From positions 1,098,761 through 1,162,760 of the forward strand of contig CBDDEB010000004.1 of the NCBI GenBank assembly GCA_965226715.1: a stretch of 64,000 nt of DNA. Direction: 5' to 3'. Under the pieces are notes generated by a model. It did no database searches, had not been told where the DNA came from, and saw nothing but the letters and a program-made list of their open reading frames with translations. Position numbers and translations under genes: made by a program. Of this stretch, positions 1-10,880 are shown in pieces (positions within the stretch are counted from its first letter, which is position 1; the number at the start of each line of letters is the position of its first letter). The DNA is from Candidatus Methylacidiphilales bacterium. Its GTDB lineage: Bacteria; Verrucomicrobiota; Verrucomicrobiia; Methylacidiphilales; UBA1321.

Positions 1-37
1 ATTGCCATCCTCATCTTTTTGTCGCTAAGTTGCGCCT

Positions 38-913
38 GTGTTCAAATTTGGGTCGATCTCTTTCGCAGTTCTGGCCCTGATCTTCGGCTCAGCCTTTACC
101 CCAGTCACCGCGGCAGGAAACATCACCGTCTCCATACAGGATGCCAGCGGCCACATGCTCGCCAGCAAAAGCGATCCGCAAACCGTGGCGCTCGATTTCA
201 ATGCCGTCTATCCGCCGGGCGCGGCCCTGGTCTTCACGTCGCCCTCGAAATATCTTTTCATCCAGATCGACCCAGCAATTCCGGAATCTTTGGTCTATCT
301 TCCCTCCGGACAATTCACATTTCCCATTCCGGAAGGCAAAGATCGCGTCGGTTATGCGCCGAACGTTTTTGAAAGCGCCCAGCATTCGATCAAGGCGCAT
401 GCCGCGACCGCCGCGGACCTCGCCGCCGATCGCAACGTCGCTCTCAACGCCCTCGACAAGCGCGGCTCCAGCGGCAGCTTTCCCCATGCGACGGCTAATT
501 TCGTGACGCGGGACGATCCCGAGTTCTACGAACGCAACGCGATCGACGGAAATACCGACAACGTTCATCATGGCGCCTGGCCCTACGAATCATGGGCCGG
601 TGGCAAGCGGGAAGACCTCACCTTCAAGCTCGATTTCGGGCGACCGGTGGAGATCGACAAATTGCGCTTCTTCATCCGCTGCGATTTTCCTCACGACAGC
701 TATTGGAAAAGCCTAGTGGTTCATTTTTCCGACGGCACGCAACAGGACGTGACCTTCAAACCGACCCGCGATGGCCAGGAGGTTTCCTTTCCGAATAAGA
801 CCGTGACCTGGCTTTCACTCGACGGCTTCAAGCAGATCAGTCAGCCCCTGAACTGGGCCGCGCTGACGGAAATCGAAGTCTACGGTCACGACGTCTCCAC
901 GGCCCAGCCGTAA
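38..913 (+). CDS. Secreted protein with C-terminal discoidin/galactose-binding-like (F5/8 type C-like) domain
   Basis: 291 aa ORF with an N-terminal signal peptide. Motifs RNAIDG...W and LKLDFGRPVEIDKLRF...ALTEIEVYG are typical of discoidin-like folds. Confidence 0.6.
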   Translation: MFKFGSISFAVLALIFGSAFTPVTAAGNITVSIQDASGHMLASKSDPQTVALDFNAVYPPGAALVFTSPSKYLFIQIDPAIPESLVYLPSGQFTFPIPEGKDRVGYAPNVFESAQHSIKAHAATAADLAADRNVALNALDKRGSSGSFPHATANFVTRDDPEFYERNAIDGNTDNVHHGAWPYESWAGGKREDLTFKLDFGRPVEIDKLRFFIRCDFPHDSYWKSLVVHFSDGTQQDVTFKPTRDGQEVSFPNKTVTWLSLDGFKQISQPLNWAALTEIEVYGHDVSTAQP

Positions 914-927
914 AAAGCCGCCTGCCC

Positions 928-1626
928 ATGAAAGCCCGCTTCGGCCTCTTCTGCTTTCTGCTGGCCGCCGCTTCGGTTCGAGCGGAGCCAGTCTTTGATC
1001 CGCTGAAGTTACTCCTCCATCCTGACGCAACTTTTCTGCAAGGTTCACCCTCGAGTCCGTCGATAACTCTGAGCCCGGAAGTGGATGGGAAAGCGCTTTC
1101 CATCGCCGCCCCTCGAATTCTTTTCCAGCAATCGAACGCCCACGCCGATTTTGTCGCCGCCGCCTGGGACGATTCCGCTGGCAAGGCAATTCATCAGCGC
1201 GAGGTTTTATTCGTGAAGCCCGATTATGTGGTGGTGGTCGACCAGGTTTATGGAAGCGGTCCGCATACTGTCGTGCGCCAGATGCTGGCGTCTGATTCCG
1301 TAACCGTAAAAGGGATCGATACCAGTAAGGAGGCCACGGCAAAACAGATCCTCGCCTTCACCTCGCCGACAAATCTTCCCGCGCCATTCGCGACAATTCT
1401 AACGAAACCCGGCACCAGTGGCGGATTGAAAATCGAGATGATCAAGGCGCACAATCCGATGATCGTGAAATACAAAGTCACCTTCCCCAACGGCCGGACC
1501 GACGAGGGGGGCGTGGCCTGGGAATCGCGCGCGCTCCATCTTAGCACTCCCGAAATCCCCCTCGCCGGATGGGCGGCGTGGGTCGAGAAACAGTCGGGCC
1601 AGGTCACCACTTTTGAAATCAAATAA
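928..1626 (+). CDS. Secreted hypothetical protein resembling a heparinase II/III C-terminal beta-sandwich segment
   Basis: 232 aa with a signal peptide. HQREVLFVKPDYVVVVDQV resembles the R-x-V-x-F...Y-V-V-V-x-D segment of HepII/III proteins. Tight spacing to both neighbours. Confidence 0.45.
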   Translation: MKARFGLFCFLLAAASVRAEPVFDPLKLLLHPDATFLQGSPSSPSITLSPEVDGKALSIAAPRILFQQSNAHADFVAAAWDDSAGKAIHQREVLFVKPDYVVVVDQVYGSGPHTVVRQMLASDSVTVKGIDTSKEATAKQILAFTSPTNLPAPFATILTKPGTSGGLKIEMIKAHNPMIVKYKVTFPNGRTDEGGVAWESRALHLSTPEIPLAGWAAWVEKQSGQVTTFEIK

Positions 1627-1632
1627 TTATCC

Positions 1633-2745
1633 ATGAAAATTGTCGCCCTCCCCGTTCTTGCTTTCACTTTTCTCGCCCTCCTTCACGCCTCGGCGGCCGA
1701 AACCGGCGTGACGCAGAAGTCTTTTGGTGCCTGCCCGCAGGGACCGGTCACGCTCTATACGCTCACCAATTCCCACGGCCTGCAAGTGAACCTCTCCAAC
1801 TTTGGCGCCACCGTGGTCGGCGTGGTCACACCCGACCGCAACGGCAAGTTCGACGACATCGTCCTCGGCTTCGATGATGTCTCCACCTATGTGACCGCGA
1901 AACTTACCTTCGGGTCCCCCGGGCGGTTCGCCAATCGGATCAAGGGCGGTCACTTCACCCTGGACGGCCATGTTTACGAGCTCGACAAGAACGCGGGCAA
2001 AAACACCCTGCACGGGGGCGCCCACGGTTTCGCGCGCCAGCTTTGGAAGGCTGAAATCGTCGGGACGAATCCCCCTTCCGTCCGCTTCAGCCGGATGAGT
2101 TCCGACGGCGAAGGCGGTTTCCCCGGCAACCTTCAAGTCAGCGCGACCTTCACCCTTACAAACGACAACCTTCTGCGCGCCCACTACGAAGCGACCACCG
2201 ACAAACCGACGGTTGTGAATCTCACCAGCCACACGCTCTTTAATCTCTCCGGCGCCGCGAGCGGCACCACGATTCTGGACGATGTGGCCAGGGTGAATGC
2301 CAAGCGCTACACGCCGAATGACGCGGAGGGAATTCCCACCGGAGAGATTGCTTCCGTGAAGGGAACTCCGTTCGACTTTCGTCAGCCGACCGTCATTGGT
2401 TCGCGCTTCGACGAATTGAAGAACCAGCCCCGCGGCTACGACCTGAATTACGTGCTCACCAAGAGTGGTCCGGGCATTTCTGCCGTCGGCGAGGTCTATG
2501 ATGCCAAGAGCGGTCGCGTTCTGGACGTCTTCAGCGACCAACCCGGCTCACAATTTTATACCGGCAACTTCTTCGACGGAACGCTGATCGGCAAGGGAGG
2601 CGTTCCTTACAAGCAATACTGCGCCTTTTCGATGGAGACCGAGAAATTCCCCGATTCTCCCAATCATCCTAATTTTCCCTCGGCGGTGCTCCGTCCCGGC
2701 GAGACCTACCAGGCAACGACCGAATATCGGTTCAGCATCCGATAG
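1633..2745 (+). CDS. galM: Aldose 1-epimerase (mutarotase), signal-peptide bearing
   Basis: Motifs GRFANRI, TLHGG, NLTSH, YDLNY, QFYTGN and ETEKFPDSPN. Confidence 0.92.
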   Translation: MKIVALPVLAFTFLALLHASAAETGVTQKSFGACPQGPVTLYTLTNSHGLQVNLSNFGATVVGVVTPDRNGKFDDIVLGFDDVSTYVTAKLTFGSPGRFANRIKGGHFTLDGHVYELDKNAGKNTLHGGAHGFARQLWKAEIVGTNPPSVRFSRMSSDGEGGFPGNLQVSATFTLTNDNLLRAHYEATTDKPTVVNLTSHTLFNLSGAASGTTILDDVARVNAKRYTPNDAEGIPTGEIASVKGTPFDFRQPTVIGSRFDELKNQPRGYDLNYVLTKSGPGISAVGEVYDAKSGRVLDVFSDQPGSQFYTGNFFDGTLIGKGGVPYKQYCAFSMETEKFPDSPNHPNFPSAVLRPGETYQATTEYRFSIR

Positions 2746-2760
2746 TCTTGGGGGCCGGCA

Positions 2761-3891
2761 TTAATTTGAAGCGTTCTTTTCTTTCTCTTCCAATAACCGG
2801 TAAACCTCGGTCCCGGCCAGGAGAAAAGCGCCCACCCCGAAGGGATGCGAGTTGTAAGGGGAAAAGGCCGCCGGCCGGTCGCCGGTGGGTTGGACGCCGT
2901 CGAAACGTCCATTCAACCAACTCACGTGCCGGCTCAATCCCGCCCAAGCCTTGAGCACGGCCGGTTCATAGACGCTGCGCTTGAGCAGGCCGTGGTTGAT
3001 ACCCCAGGCCAGGGCAAAACAGTTGAAGCCGGTGCCGCTGGTCTCCTCCTGGGGATAACGATCGGGGTTAAGCAGACTGGCGGACCAGAATCCATTGGGG
3101 AGTTGCAGGGCTTTAAGCCGCGCGGCCATCTCCTGGAACTGCTCCACATAACGAGCGCGCGAAGGATCATTGGACGGCACCAGCGGAATCAGACGCGCCA
3201 AGCCCGCAATCACCCATCCATTGCCCCGCGCCCAGAAAATTTTCCTGCCATCGACCCTGACGGCGATAAAGCGGCCGTCGCGATAGAAGAGATGTTCATG
3301 CTCGTCGTAGAGATAATCGGAAGCGTGCCACCATTCGTGGTCCACAAAGGCGAGATATTTCGGATTGTGCGTGATCGCGCTCATGCCGGCCCAGACCGGT
3401 GGCGCCATGAATAATGAGTCGCACCATGACCAGCGGTCCGAATGCTTGGGATCAAAAAAATCGAGGTGAGCCTTTGAGCGATGGGCCAGGATGAAATCGA
3501 GTCGCTTTCGAGTTGGCGCAATTCGTTCCGGCTTGGGATCGAGCAGGTAAAGAGCCTCGTAGGTCGCGCCCACCGCCTGATCGTCCGCATGATAAACGCG
3601 GGCCCCGAGCTTCCAGTGGTTCCTTTTCGACATCCGGACCATGGCGTTTTCGTATTTCTTGTCCGGAACGATTTCCGCCAACGCCATCACCCCGGCATAG
3701 AATGCGGCTCTTACCCAGCCGTTTGCCGTATATTTGGAATTTTGGTTCGGAAAGGCCAGTTCCCAATTCGCGACTTTTCTCAGGGCGTGCATTACCGACT
3801 CCGGGGTCGCCGGAACCTGCTCTGAATTTTCAGCCCCGGCGACGGAGAGAAACGACAGGAGAAAAAGCGCGGACAGGTGGACTTTGAACAT
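2761..3891 (-). CDS. Glycoside hydrolase family 88/105 (unsaturated uronyl hydrolase)
   Basis: Motifs HADD, WSWCDSLFMAPP, FWARGNGW and ETSGTG. Signal peptide present. Confidence 0.88.
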   Translation of the reverse strand: MFKVHLSALFLLSFLSVAGAENSEQVPATPESVMHALRKVANWELAFPNQNSKYTANGWVRAAFYAGVMALAEIVPDKKYENAMVRMSKRNHWKLGARVYHADDQAVGATYEALYLLDPKPERIAPTRKRLDFILAHRSKAHLDFFDPKHSDRWSWCDSLFMAPPVWAGMSAITHNPKYLAFVDHEWWHASDYLYDEHEHLFYRDGRFIAVRVDGRKIFWARGNGWVIAGLARLIPLVPSNDPSRARYVEQFQEMAARLKALQLPNGFWSASLLNPDRYPQEETSGTGFNCFALAWGINHGLLKRSVYEPAVLKAWAGLSRHVSWLNGRFDGVQPTGDRPAAFSPYNSHPFGVGAFLLAGTEVYRLLEEKEKNASN

Positions 3892-3907
3892 GGCGAGAGA
3901 ACGCGTC

Positions 3908-5230
3908 CTACGGATGGAGGTAGGAATTGAGCAAATTTTCGAGGTACTCCTGGCGGCCGCTGGTGCGTTTGGGTTCGCCGAGCTTCTTGAGCACGAGTTG
4001 GTTCAGTTCCCGAAAACCGATCTTTCCCTTTTCGATCGCCTTGCCGTAGTCGCGGTCGTAGCTGGCATAGCGCTCGGCTACGAACTTCTCCAGCTTCCCT
4101 TCGGCCCGGATCTTCAGCGCCAGTTTGTAGGCCAGCGCATAGGCGTCCATCCCGCCGATGTGCGCGTAGAACAAATCTTCCACGTCGATGGAGGGCCGGC
4201 GCAGCTTCGCGTCGAAGTTGAACCCGCCGGAGCCGAGGCCCCCCGCCCGCAGGATTGAAAGCATGGCCAGGGTCAATTCCTTCACATCGGTGTTGAACTG
4301 GTCGGTGTCCCAGCCGAGGAGCATGTCGCCCGCGTTGGCGTCGATCGAGCCGAGCATTCCCACCGCCGCCGCCACTTCGATTTCGTGGTTGAACGTGTGG
4401 CCCGCCAGCGTCGCGTGGTTGGTCTCGATGTTGAACTTGAAATACTTCTCCAGCCCGTAGGTGCGCAGAAAGGCGATCCCGCTGGCCACGTCGAAGTCGT
4501 ACTGGTGCTTGGTCGGCTCCTTCGGCTTCGGCTCAATGAGGAACTGGCCCTTGAAGCCGATCTGCTTGGCGTAATCGACCGCCATGTGCAAAAACCGCGC
4601 CAGGTGGTCCTGCTCCCGCTTCAGGTTGGTGTTGAGCAGCGTCTCATAGCCTTCGCGCCCGCCCCAGAAAACGTAGTTTTCCCCGCCGAGGGTCTTGGTC
4701 ACCTCCAGCGCCTTCTTCACCTGCGCCGCCGCGTAGGCAAAGACGTGCGCGTCGGGATTGGTCGCCCCGCCGCACATGTAGCGGGGATTGGAAAAGAGGT
4801 TGGCCGTGCCCCAGAGCAACTTCACCCCGGTCGCTTTTTGCAGCTGTTTCGCATGGGCCACCACCTTGTCGAGGTTGCGGTTCGATTCAGCCAGGCTCCG
4901 GCCCTCCGGCGCGATGTCGCGGTCGTGGAAGGCGTAGAACGGCGCCCCGATCTTGGTGAAGAATTCGAAGGCCGCGTCCATCCGCACCTTGGCGATGGAG
5001 ACCGGGTCGTTCCCCTTTTCCCACGGCCGCACGATGGTGCCCGGCCCGAACGGGTCGGAGCCCACCCCGCGAAACGAATGCCAGTAGGCGATCGAGAAGC
5101 GCATCTGCTCCTTAAGCGTCTTGCCGTTGATTTTTTCCGCCGGATTATAATGCCGGAAGGCCAGCGGATTGCTGCTGCCCGCTCCCTCATATCGGATGCT
5201 CTTGATCTTCGAAAAATGCGTTTTGGCCAT
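3908..5230 (-). CDS. xylA: Xylose isomerase (class II)
   Basis: Motifs [32 protein letters not shown] and GWDTDQF. Confidence 0.97.
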   Translation of the reverse strand: MAKTHFSKIKSIRYEGAGSSNPLAFRHYNPAEKINGKTLKEQMRFSIAYWHSFRGVGSDPFGPGTIVRPWEKGNDPVSIAKVRMDAAFEFFTKIGAPFYAFHDRDIAPEGRSLAESNRNLDKVVAHAKQLQKATGVKLLWGTANLFSNPRYMCGGATNPDAHVFAYAAAQVKKALEVTKTLGGENYVFWGGREGYETLLNTNLKREQDHLARFLHMAVDYAKQIGFKGQFLIEPKPKEPTKHQYDFDVASGIAFLRTYGLEKYFKFNIETNHATLAGHTFNHEIEVAAAVGMLGSIDANAGDMLLGWDTDQFNTDVKELTLAMLSILRAGGLGSGGFNFDAKLRRPSIDVEDLFYAHIGGMDAYALAYKLALKIRAEGKLEKFVAERYASYDRDYGKAIEKGKIGFRELNQLVLKKLGEPKRTSGRQEYLENLLNSYLHP

Positions 5231-5394
5231 GGGAGCGTGAGTCTGCTCAAATCCACGAAATTGAGCAACCTGATTGTTGCCAGAAAAGCAATGCTTCCAA
5301 ACAAAACTTCGTGACGGAATAAAGAAAATCTACAAGACTCTGCGCTCGGCCAAAAAAATTAAACCCAGGCCCATACCCAACCTGAAAGGAATCC

Positions 5395-6831
5395 ATGTTC
5401 TCCCTTAAGCCCTACGTCATTCTTATCACGCTCATCGCCACTCTGGGCGGCCTGCTTTTCGGCTATGATACGGCGGTGATTTCCGGTGCGGTGGGAAGCC
5501 TGCGGGTTGTTTTCATCGATCCCCAGAACCTCGGTCCCGACGCCGCGAACTCGCTGTTGGGATTCGTCGTTTCCAGTGCGCTCATCGGCTGCATCATCGG
5601 GGGACTGATCGGCGGCTGGGTCAGCACCTACATCGGCCGCAAACGGGGGCTCATCATCGCCGCGGTTCTCTTTTTGGTTTCAGCTCTCGGCTCGGCCGCC
5701 CCCGAATTTATGTTCGCTAGCATTGGCACGGGAGGCGCGGCTTATATCTGGCACTTCGTCTTTTATCGCGTGGTCGGCGGCGTGGGTGTTGGTCTCGCCT
5801 CGATGCTTTCGCCCATGTATATCGCCGAAATCGCCCCCGCGAAGATTCGCGGAAATTTGGTCGCATGGAATCAACTCGCGATCATCTTCGGCATGCTCGT
5901 GGTTTATTTCGTCAACTACGGCATCTCCGAAGCTGGCGGCGCCAATAACGACACGTGGCTGAATGCGGTCGGCTGGCGCTATATGTTCGCGTCGGGCGCC
6001 ATACCTTCGGCCCTCTTTCTCGGCCTCCTCTTTTTGGTGCCGGAAACGCCCCGTTACCTGATGTTGAAAGGGCGCGAGGAAGAAGCGCGCACGGTGCTTT
6101 CAGGCCTGGTTACGCCCGAGGAAACAGAAAGCGAACTCACGGAAATTCGCGCCTCTCTGGCGGAACATCATTCGGGCAAGCTGCTTTCCTTCGGCGCCCT
6201 GGTCGTCGTTATCGGCATCATGCTTTCGATCTTCCAGCAATTTGTGGGCATCAACGTCGTGCTTTATTATGCGCCTGAAATCTTCAAGGGCATGGGCCTG
6301 AGCACCAATGCCTCGCTCCTCCAGACCATTCTGGTCGGCGGCGTCAATCTCGCCTTCACCGTGGTGGCCATCGTCACCGTCGACCGTCTCGGCCGGAAGC
6401 CGCTTCAAATCATCGGCGCGCTCGTCATGGCGGTCAGCATGATCGCCCTGGGCATCGATCTCATGGTCCACGACAAAGGCACCCTCGCTCTCATCTGTAT
6501 GCTCGTCTATATCGCCGGATTTGCGGTCTCGTGGGGTCCTGTCGTCTGGGTCCTGCTGAGCGAAATCTTCCCCAACCAGATTCGTGGCAAGGCGATGGCC
6601 GTCGCGGTGGCCGCCCAATGGATCGCCAACTACGTCGTCAGCTCGACCTTCCCCATCCTCAAGGACAGCCCCTATCTCAAGGCCCAGTTCGACGGCGGCT
6701 TCCCTTACTTCGTCTATGGCGTGATGGGAATCCTTGCCGCGCTGTTCATGTGGAAATTCGTGCCCGAAACCAAGGGCCGCACGCTCGAGCAAATGGAAGA
6801 TCTTTGGCAGAAGCCGGGCGACCAAAGCTAG
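5395..6831 (+). CDS. xylE: D-xylose:proton symporter (MFS sugar porter)
   Basis: Motifs [31 protein letters not shown] and PETKG. Divergent from xylA. Confidence 0.9.
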   Translation: MFSLKPYVILITLIATLGGLLFGYDTAVISGAVGSLRVVFIDPQNLGPDAANSLLGFVVSSALIGCIIGGLIGGWVSTYIGRKRGLIIAAVLFLVSALGSAAPEFMFASIGTGGAAYIWHFVFYRVVGGVGVGLASMLSPMYIAEIAPAKIRGNLVAWNQLAIIFGMLVVYFVNYGISEAGGANNDTWLNAVGWRYMFASGAIPSALFLGLLFLVPETPRYLMLKGREEEARTVLSGLVTPEETESELTEIRASLAEHHSGKLLSFGALVVVIGIMLSIFQQFVGINVVLYYAPEIFKGMGLSTNASLLQTILVGGVNLAFTVVAIVTVDRLGRKPLQIIGALVMAVSMIALGIDLMVHDKGTLALICMLVYIAGFAVSWGPVVWVLLSEIFPNQIRGKAMAVAVAAQWIANYVVSSTFPILKDSPYLKAQFDGGFPYFVYGVMGILAALFMWKFVPETKGRTLEQMEDLWQKPGDQS

Positions 6832-6847
6832 AACTTCGCGAGTCTTC

Positions 6848-9205
6848 ATGCGGCGCGTCCCGATCCATCTTCGCTGCGCGCTGCTTTCCCTTTTATTATC
6901 GATGACTGGGGCTGGGGCGACTCCCCTGCCCGCGTCACCCGTGTCGTTACCCGCCCAAAGTCCCGAAAGCACACCCGATCCTTCAACCGTCCTCTGGTAC
7001 AAGCAACCTGCCGGTAACTGGAACGAGGCGCTGCCCATCGGCAACGGTCGTTTGGGCGCGATGGTTTTTGGCGGAATCAACCAGGAAGACTTGCAACTTA
7101 ATGAAGATACCGTCTGGGCAGGCGGACCCTACGATCCGGTTCATCCCGGCGCATACGAAGCGATTAAAAAAGCGCGTGAGTTGATTTTTGCCGGCCAACC
7201 GGATGCGGCCAAGCAGGTGATCCAGGACGGAGCGATGGCCGTACCGATTCGCGAGTTGCCCTATCAGCCGTTCGGCGATCTCATGATCAATTTTTCAAAT
7301 CCGGACGGCGACGTTTCCGATTATCGCCGCACGCTGGACCTCGAGCGGGCAGTGGCTCGCACGACCTATAAAATCGGCGGCGTCACCTTCACGCGTGAAA
7401 TTTTCGCCAGCGCGGTTGATCACGTCATTGTCATGCGTATTTCCGCCGATAAGCCGGGCCAGGTCAGTTTTACCGCCGGATTTACCACGCCGCAGGTTGT
7501 TTCGAGCGTGACCTCAAACGGCGGAATTCTCACGGAGACGAGCGGCGAGGCGCGCGGCATCAAGGGACAGGTGCAGATCCAGGCGCGGACGGCTTTTCAA
7601 ATAAACAGTGGCGTGGTGCATTCAGACGCGAGTGGCTGGACGGTCAGCCACGCGAATTGGGTGGTGATTTTGATTTCGGCCGCCACGAACTACGTCAACT
7701 ATCATGATCTCTCCGCCAATCCGTCCGCGCGTACTTACGCGTCTCTTAACGCGGCAGAAGCCAAGCCCTATGAGAAACTCCTCTCCGACCACATCGCCGA
7801 CTACCAGAAACTTTTTCATCGCGTCTCCATCGATCTAGGCCAGGGAGAAAACAGCTCCCTTCCTACGGATGAACGCATTGCCCATTTTGGCGAAGGCAAA
7901 GACCCGGCGCTGGCCGCGCTCTTTTTTCAATATGGCCGCTACCTGCTCATTTCGAGCAGCCGGCCGGGCGGCCAACCGGCCAATCTTCAGGGTCTTTGGA
8001 ACAAGGAGATGCTTCCCGCCTGGGACAGCAAATATACGCTGAACATTAATCTGGAAATGAATTATTGGCCCGCGGAAGTGGCCAATCTTTCCGAATGCAC
8101 GCAGCCCCTCTTCGGTTTAATCCGAGATATTTCCGAGACCGGCGCCCACATGGCCCAGGTCGAATATAACGCGCGCGGCTGGGTGGCCCATCATAACACG
8201 GACGGCTGGCGCGCCACCGGGCCGGTCGATCATCCAACCACGGGCATGTGGCCGATGGGCGGTGCCTGGCTCTGCACGCATCTCTGGGAGCATTACCAAT
8301 TCACCGGCGACAAAAAATTCCTGCGCGACATCTATCCGATCATGAAAGGTTCCTGCCAATTTTTCCTCGATACCTTGCAGGAGGAGCCCACGCATCACTG
8401 GCTCGTCACGTGCCCCTCCTTTTCGCCCGAGCACGGCACTCTCACCGCCGGCCCGACGATGGACATGGAAATCCTGCGGGACCTCTTTGCGCAGACTGCT
8501 TCAGCCTCGAAGATTCTGGATATCGATACTGACTTCCGTCAAAAAATCGTCGAAACGCGCGACCGACTGGCGCCCTTCCAGATCGGCCATCTCGGCCAGC
8601 TTCAGGAGTGGCTGCAGGATCTGGAAACCGGGCCGGACAATCACCGCCATGTCTCGCACCTCTATGCCGTTTTTCCCAGCAATCAGATCACTCCCGCCAC
8701 GCCCGATCTTTTCAAGGCGGCGCAAAAATCGCTGGAGCTGCGTGGCGACGGCGGCACCGGCTGGTCCCTGGCGTGGAAAATCAATCTCTGGGCGCGTTTC
8801 CTGGATGGCGATCACGCCTACCTGCTGCTGACGCATCTGCTCAGTCCAACCGGCAGCCGGGGAAACACGATGGACCTGGGCGGCGGCGTTTTCCCGAATC
8901 TGTTCGATGCGCATCCGCCGTTTCAAATCGACGGCAATTTCGGCGGCGCCAGCGGCATCGAGGAGATGCTGCTGCAGAGCCAAAAGGGTGAGATCGATCT
9001 CCTGCCCGCGCTGCCGCGCGCCTGGCCGAACGGCAGCGTCCGCGGCCTCCGCGCCCGGGGCGGATTCGAAGTCGATATGGACTGGAAAAACGGCCGGCTC
9101 ACCTCTGCGACGATCCGATCGCTCCTCGGAAATCCCTGCCAGATCGTCTACGCGGGCGAACAGCGGACGCCGAACATTGCGGCTGGCTCCGATTATCATT
9201 GGTAG
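6848..9205 (+). CDS. Glycoside hydrolase family 95 (alpha-L-fucosidase/L-galactosidase)
   Basis: Motifs [32 protein letters not shown] and [11 protein letters not shown]. Start placed at ATG 6848, which begins a signal peptide and avoids overlap with xylE. Confidence 0.9.
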   Translation: MRRVPIHLRCALLSLLLSMTGAGATPLPASPVSLPAQSPESTPDPSTVLWYKQPAGNWNEALPIGNGRLGAMVFGGINQEDLQLNEDTVWAGGPYDPVHPGAYEAIKKARELIFAGQPDAAKQVIQDGAMAVPIRELPYQPFGDLMINFSNPDGDVSDYRRTLDLERAVARTTYKIGGVTFTREIFASAVDHVIVMRISADKPGQVSFTAGFTTPQVVSSVTSNGGILTETSGEARGIKGQVQIQARTAFQINSGVVHSDASGWTVSHANWVVILISAATNYVNYHDLSANPSARTYASLNAAEAKPYEKLLSDHIADYQKLFHRVSIDLGQGENSSLPTDERIAHFGEGKDPALAALFFQYGRYLLISSSRPGGQPANLQGLWNKEMLPAWDSKYTLNINLEMNYWPAEVANLSECTQPLFGLIRDISETGAHMAQVEYNARGWVAHHNTDGWRATGPVDHPTTGMWPMGGAWLCTHLWEHYQFTGDKKFLRDIYPIMKGSCQFFLDTLQEEPTHHWLVTCPSFSPEHGTLTAGPTMDMEILRDLFAQTASASKILDIDTDFRQKIVETRDRLAPFQIGHLGQLQEWLQDLETGPDNHRHVSHLYAVFPSNQITPATPDLFKAAQKSLELRGDGGTGWSLAWKINLWARFLDGDHAYLLLTHLLSPTGSRGNTMDLGGGVFPNLFDAHPPFQIDGNFGGASGIEEMLLQSQKGEIDLLPALPRAWPNGSVRGLRARGGFEVDMDWKNGRLTSATIRSLLGNPCQIVYAGEQRTPNIAAGSDYHW

Positions 9206-9293
9206 GCCGATTCCCAGGCGGAAGACACGCGCTCCGTCCAGACCTGTTTTTCGCGTGGTCTATGCCCCCTTACGTCGACGGCGCGAACCGCCG

Positions 9294-10805
9294 TTACTTG
9301 GTTTTTATGGGAACTGGAGGAGGCTGCTCCGGCGGAAGTGAAGCGGCGAATTCCTCCCACGGCTTCGATTCCACCTTGAACGCGTAGGCCTGCACGCAGG
9401 GCCGCTTGGCCGGGTCCTGCAAGTCCTTCGGCAATTCAATAGTCAGGCCCTCCTTGTCCTGATGCCACGCAAGGTCACGATTGACCCCGAGCATCCGGAT
9501 GGTGGAACCTTTGACGGCCTGCACGAGTTTGGTTTGGATCGTCGCGCCGGGCCATTTCAGGCTGATGATGTAGACGTACTTCTTGTCTTTCGACCGCGTG
9601 AAGCGGATGTCCTCGCCATCGTGATAGCGGAGATAGGCGCGCGTGGCATAGATCGACTCGCCATTCACTTTCAGCCAGTCGCCGATATAACCGATGTGGT
9701 CAATCGTCTCCTGGGGCCATTTGCCCGACGGATCAGGCCCGAACGCGATCTGAAAATTGCCGCCCTTGGAAACGACGTCGATCAGGGTCGCCAGGCCCCA
9801 CTCCTTCGGCTTGTAGGTATCATCGGGGGCGTAGGCAAAATCACTCGCGCCGGGATAGATCACCTGCCACGGGCGATTCATCTCCTGCAAGTTTGCCGGA
9901 ATCACTTTTTCAGGCGTTTCGTAGTCGCCATAGCCTTCGATGCCCCGGTTGCGCAGCATGACGGTCGGCTGCAGCTTGCGCGCCAGCTTGGCCACGTCGT
10001 CGGCATCGGCCTGGGCCGATTTCGGCCAGTGAATGTCAAGGCAGAGCGTGTCGATCGGCCCATACTTGGTCAGCAATTCGGTGACCTGGGTTTTCTCCTG
10101 CTGGATGAACCCGGCCCAGCGCGCCGGGTCCGACTGCGCGGTGAAGGTTGGGTCGTACCAATAGTTGAGCTTGTCCCAGCCAAAGAACCAGTCGTGCCAG
10201 TCGATGTGGGAATAGTAAAGACTCACTCCCAAGCCATGGGCGCGCCCCGCCTTGACCAGCTCGGCGACGATGTCGTGTTTGTAGGGCGTCTCCATGATGC
10301 TGAAATGATTGGTCACTTCCTCGAAAGTGCCGTCAGGTTTCTTGCGGAATCCGCGCTGGACGGTCTGCGTGTCCCAAAGGCAGAAACCCTCGTGATGCTT
10401 GGTGGTAAATGAAAAATATTTCATGCCGCCGCGCTGCATCATGTTCATCCACTGGTCGGCGTTGAAGTTGACCGGATTAAAGGTCTGGTAAGAGGCAAAA
10501 TAATTCTTCAGCCACTCCTTGTCCCCGGTGTGCTTGCGAATGATCCAGGAGGCGGAAGGATCGCCAAATTGGGAGTAAAGGCCCCAGTGGATGCGCAGGC
10601 CAAACTTCCAATCCATCCAGCGCTCGACGGCAGCTTCCCCGGCATGGTGATAGCCGGGATCGACGCCGCGATAGCCCGCATATTCATCCTGCAACCGCTG
10701 TTCTTCCTGGTCGGTAATGGGCTTCTCCGCGACATAATCGAGAGCGTATCCGAATCGCCCGCAAGCGACCCATAAGACGAGAAGAATGAGAGAGCTCTTT
10801 TTCAA
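9294..10805 (-). CDS. Glycoside hydrolase family 29 alpha-L-fucosidase
   Basis: Motifs KFGLRIHWGLYS, TTKHHEGFCLW, LYYSHIDW and GDWLKVNGESIY. TTG start followed by a signal peptide. Confidence 0.88.
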   Translation of the reverse strand: MKKSSLILLVLWVACGRFGYALDYVAEKPITDQEEQRLQDEYAGYRGVDPGYHHAGEAAVERWMDWKFGLRIHWGLYSQFGDPSASWIIRKHTGDKEWLKNYFASYQTFNPVNFNADQWMNMMQRGGMKYFSFTTKHHEGFCLWDTQTVQRGFRKKPDGTFEEVTNHFSIMETPYKHDIVAELVKAGRAHGLGVSLYYSHIDWHDWFFGWDKLNYWYDPTFTAQSDPARWAGFIQQEKTQVTELLTKYGPIDTLCLDIHWPKSAQADADDVAKLARKLQPTVMLRNRGIEGYGDYETPEKVIPANLQEMNRPWQVIYPGASDFAYAPDDTYKPKEWGLATLIDVVSKGGNFQIAFGPDPSGKWPQETIDHIGYIGDWLKVNGESIYATRAYLRYHDGEDIRFTRSKDKKYVYIISLKWPGATIQTKLVQAVKGSTIRMLGVNRDLAWHQDKEGLTIELPKDLQDPAKRPCVQAYAFKVESKPWEEFAASLPPEQPPPVPIKTK

Positions 10806-10880
10806 AGTTCGAAGAAAGCGGCGCTCGCTTGATGGTGTTTATGGCCGAGTGGTCAGTTTGCCGCTTCGAGCATGCCCAGC

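Noticed and set aside
5244-5267. Inverted repeat TGCTCAA-N10-TTGAGCA upstream of xylA
   Set aside because: Short arms, and not a recognisable XylR operator. Insufficient support.
6734-6847. N-terminal extensions in the ORF track (GH95, and likewise cysC 15450, PfkB 31732, permease 50474, DUF5615 55093, small ORF 41038)
   Set aside because: They overlap upstream genes and lack homology-like sequence. Downstream ATGs give normal starts.
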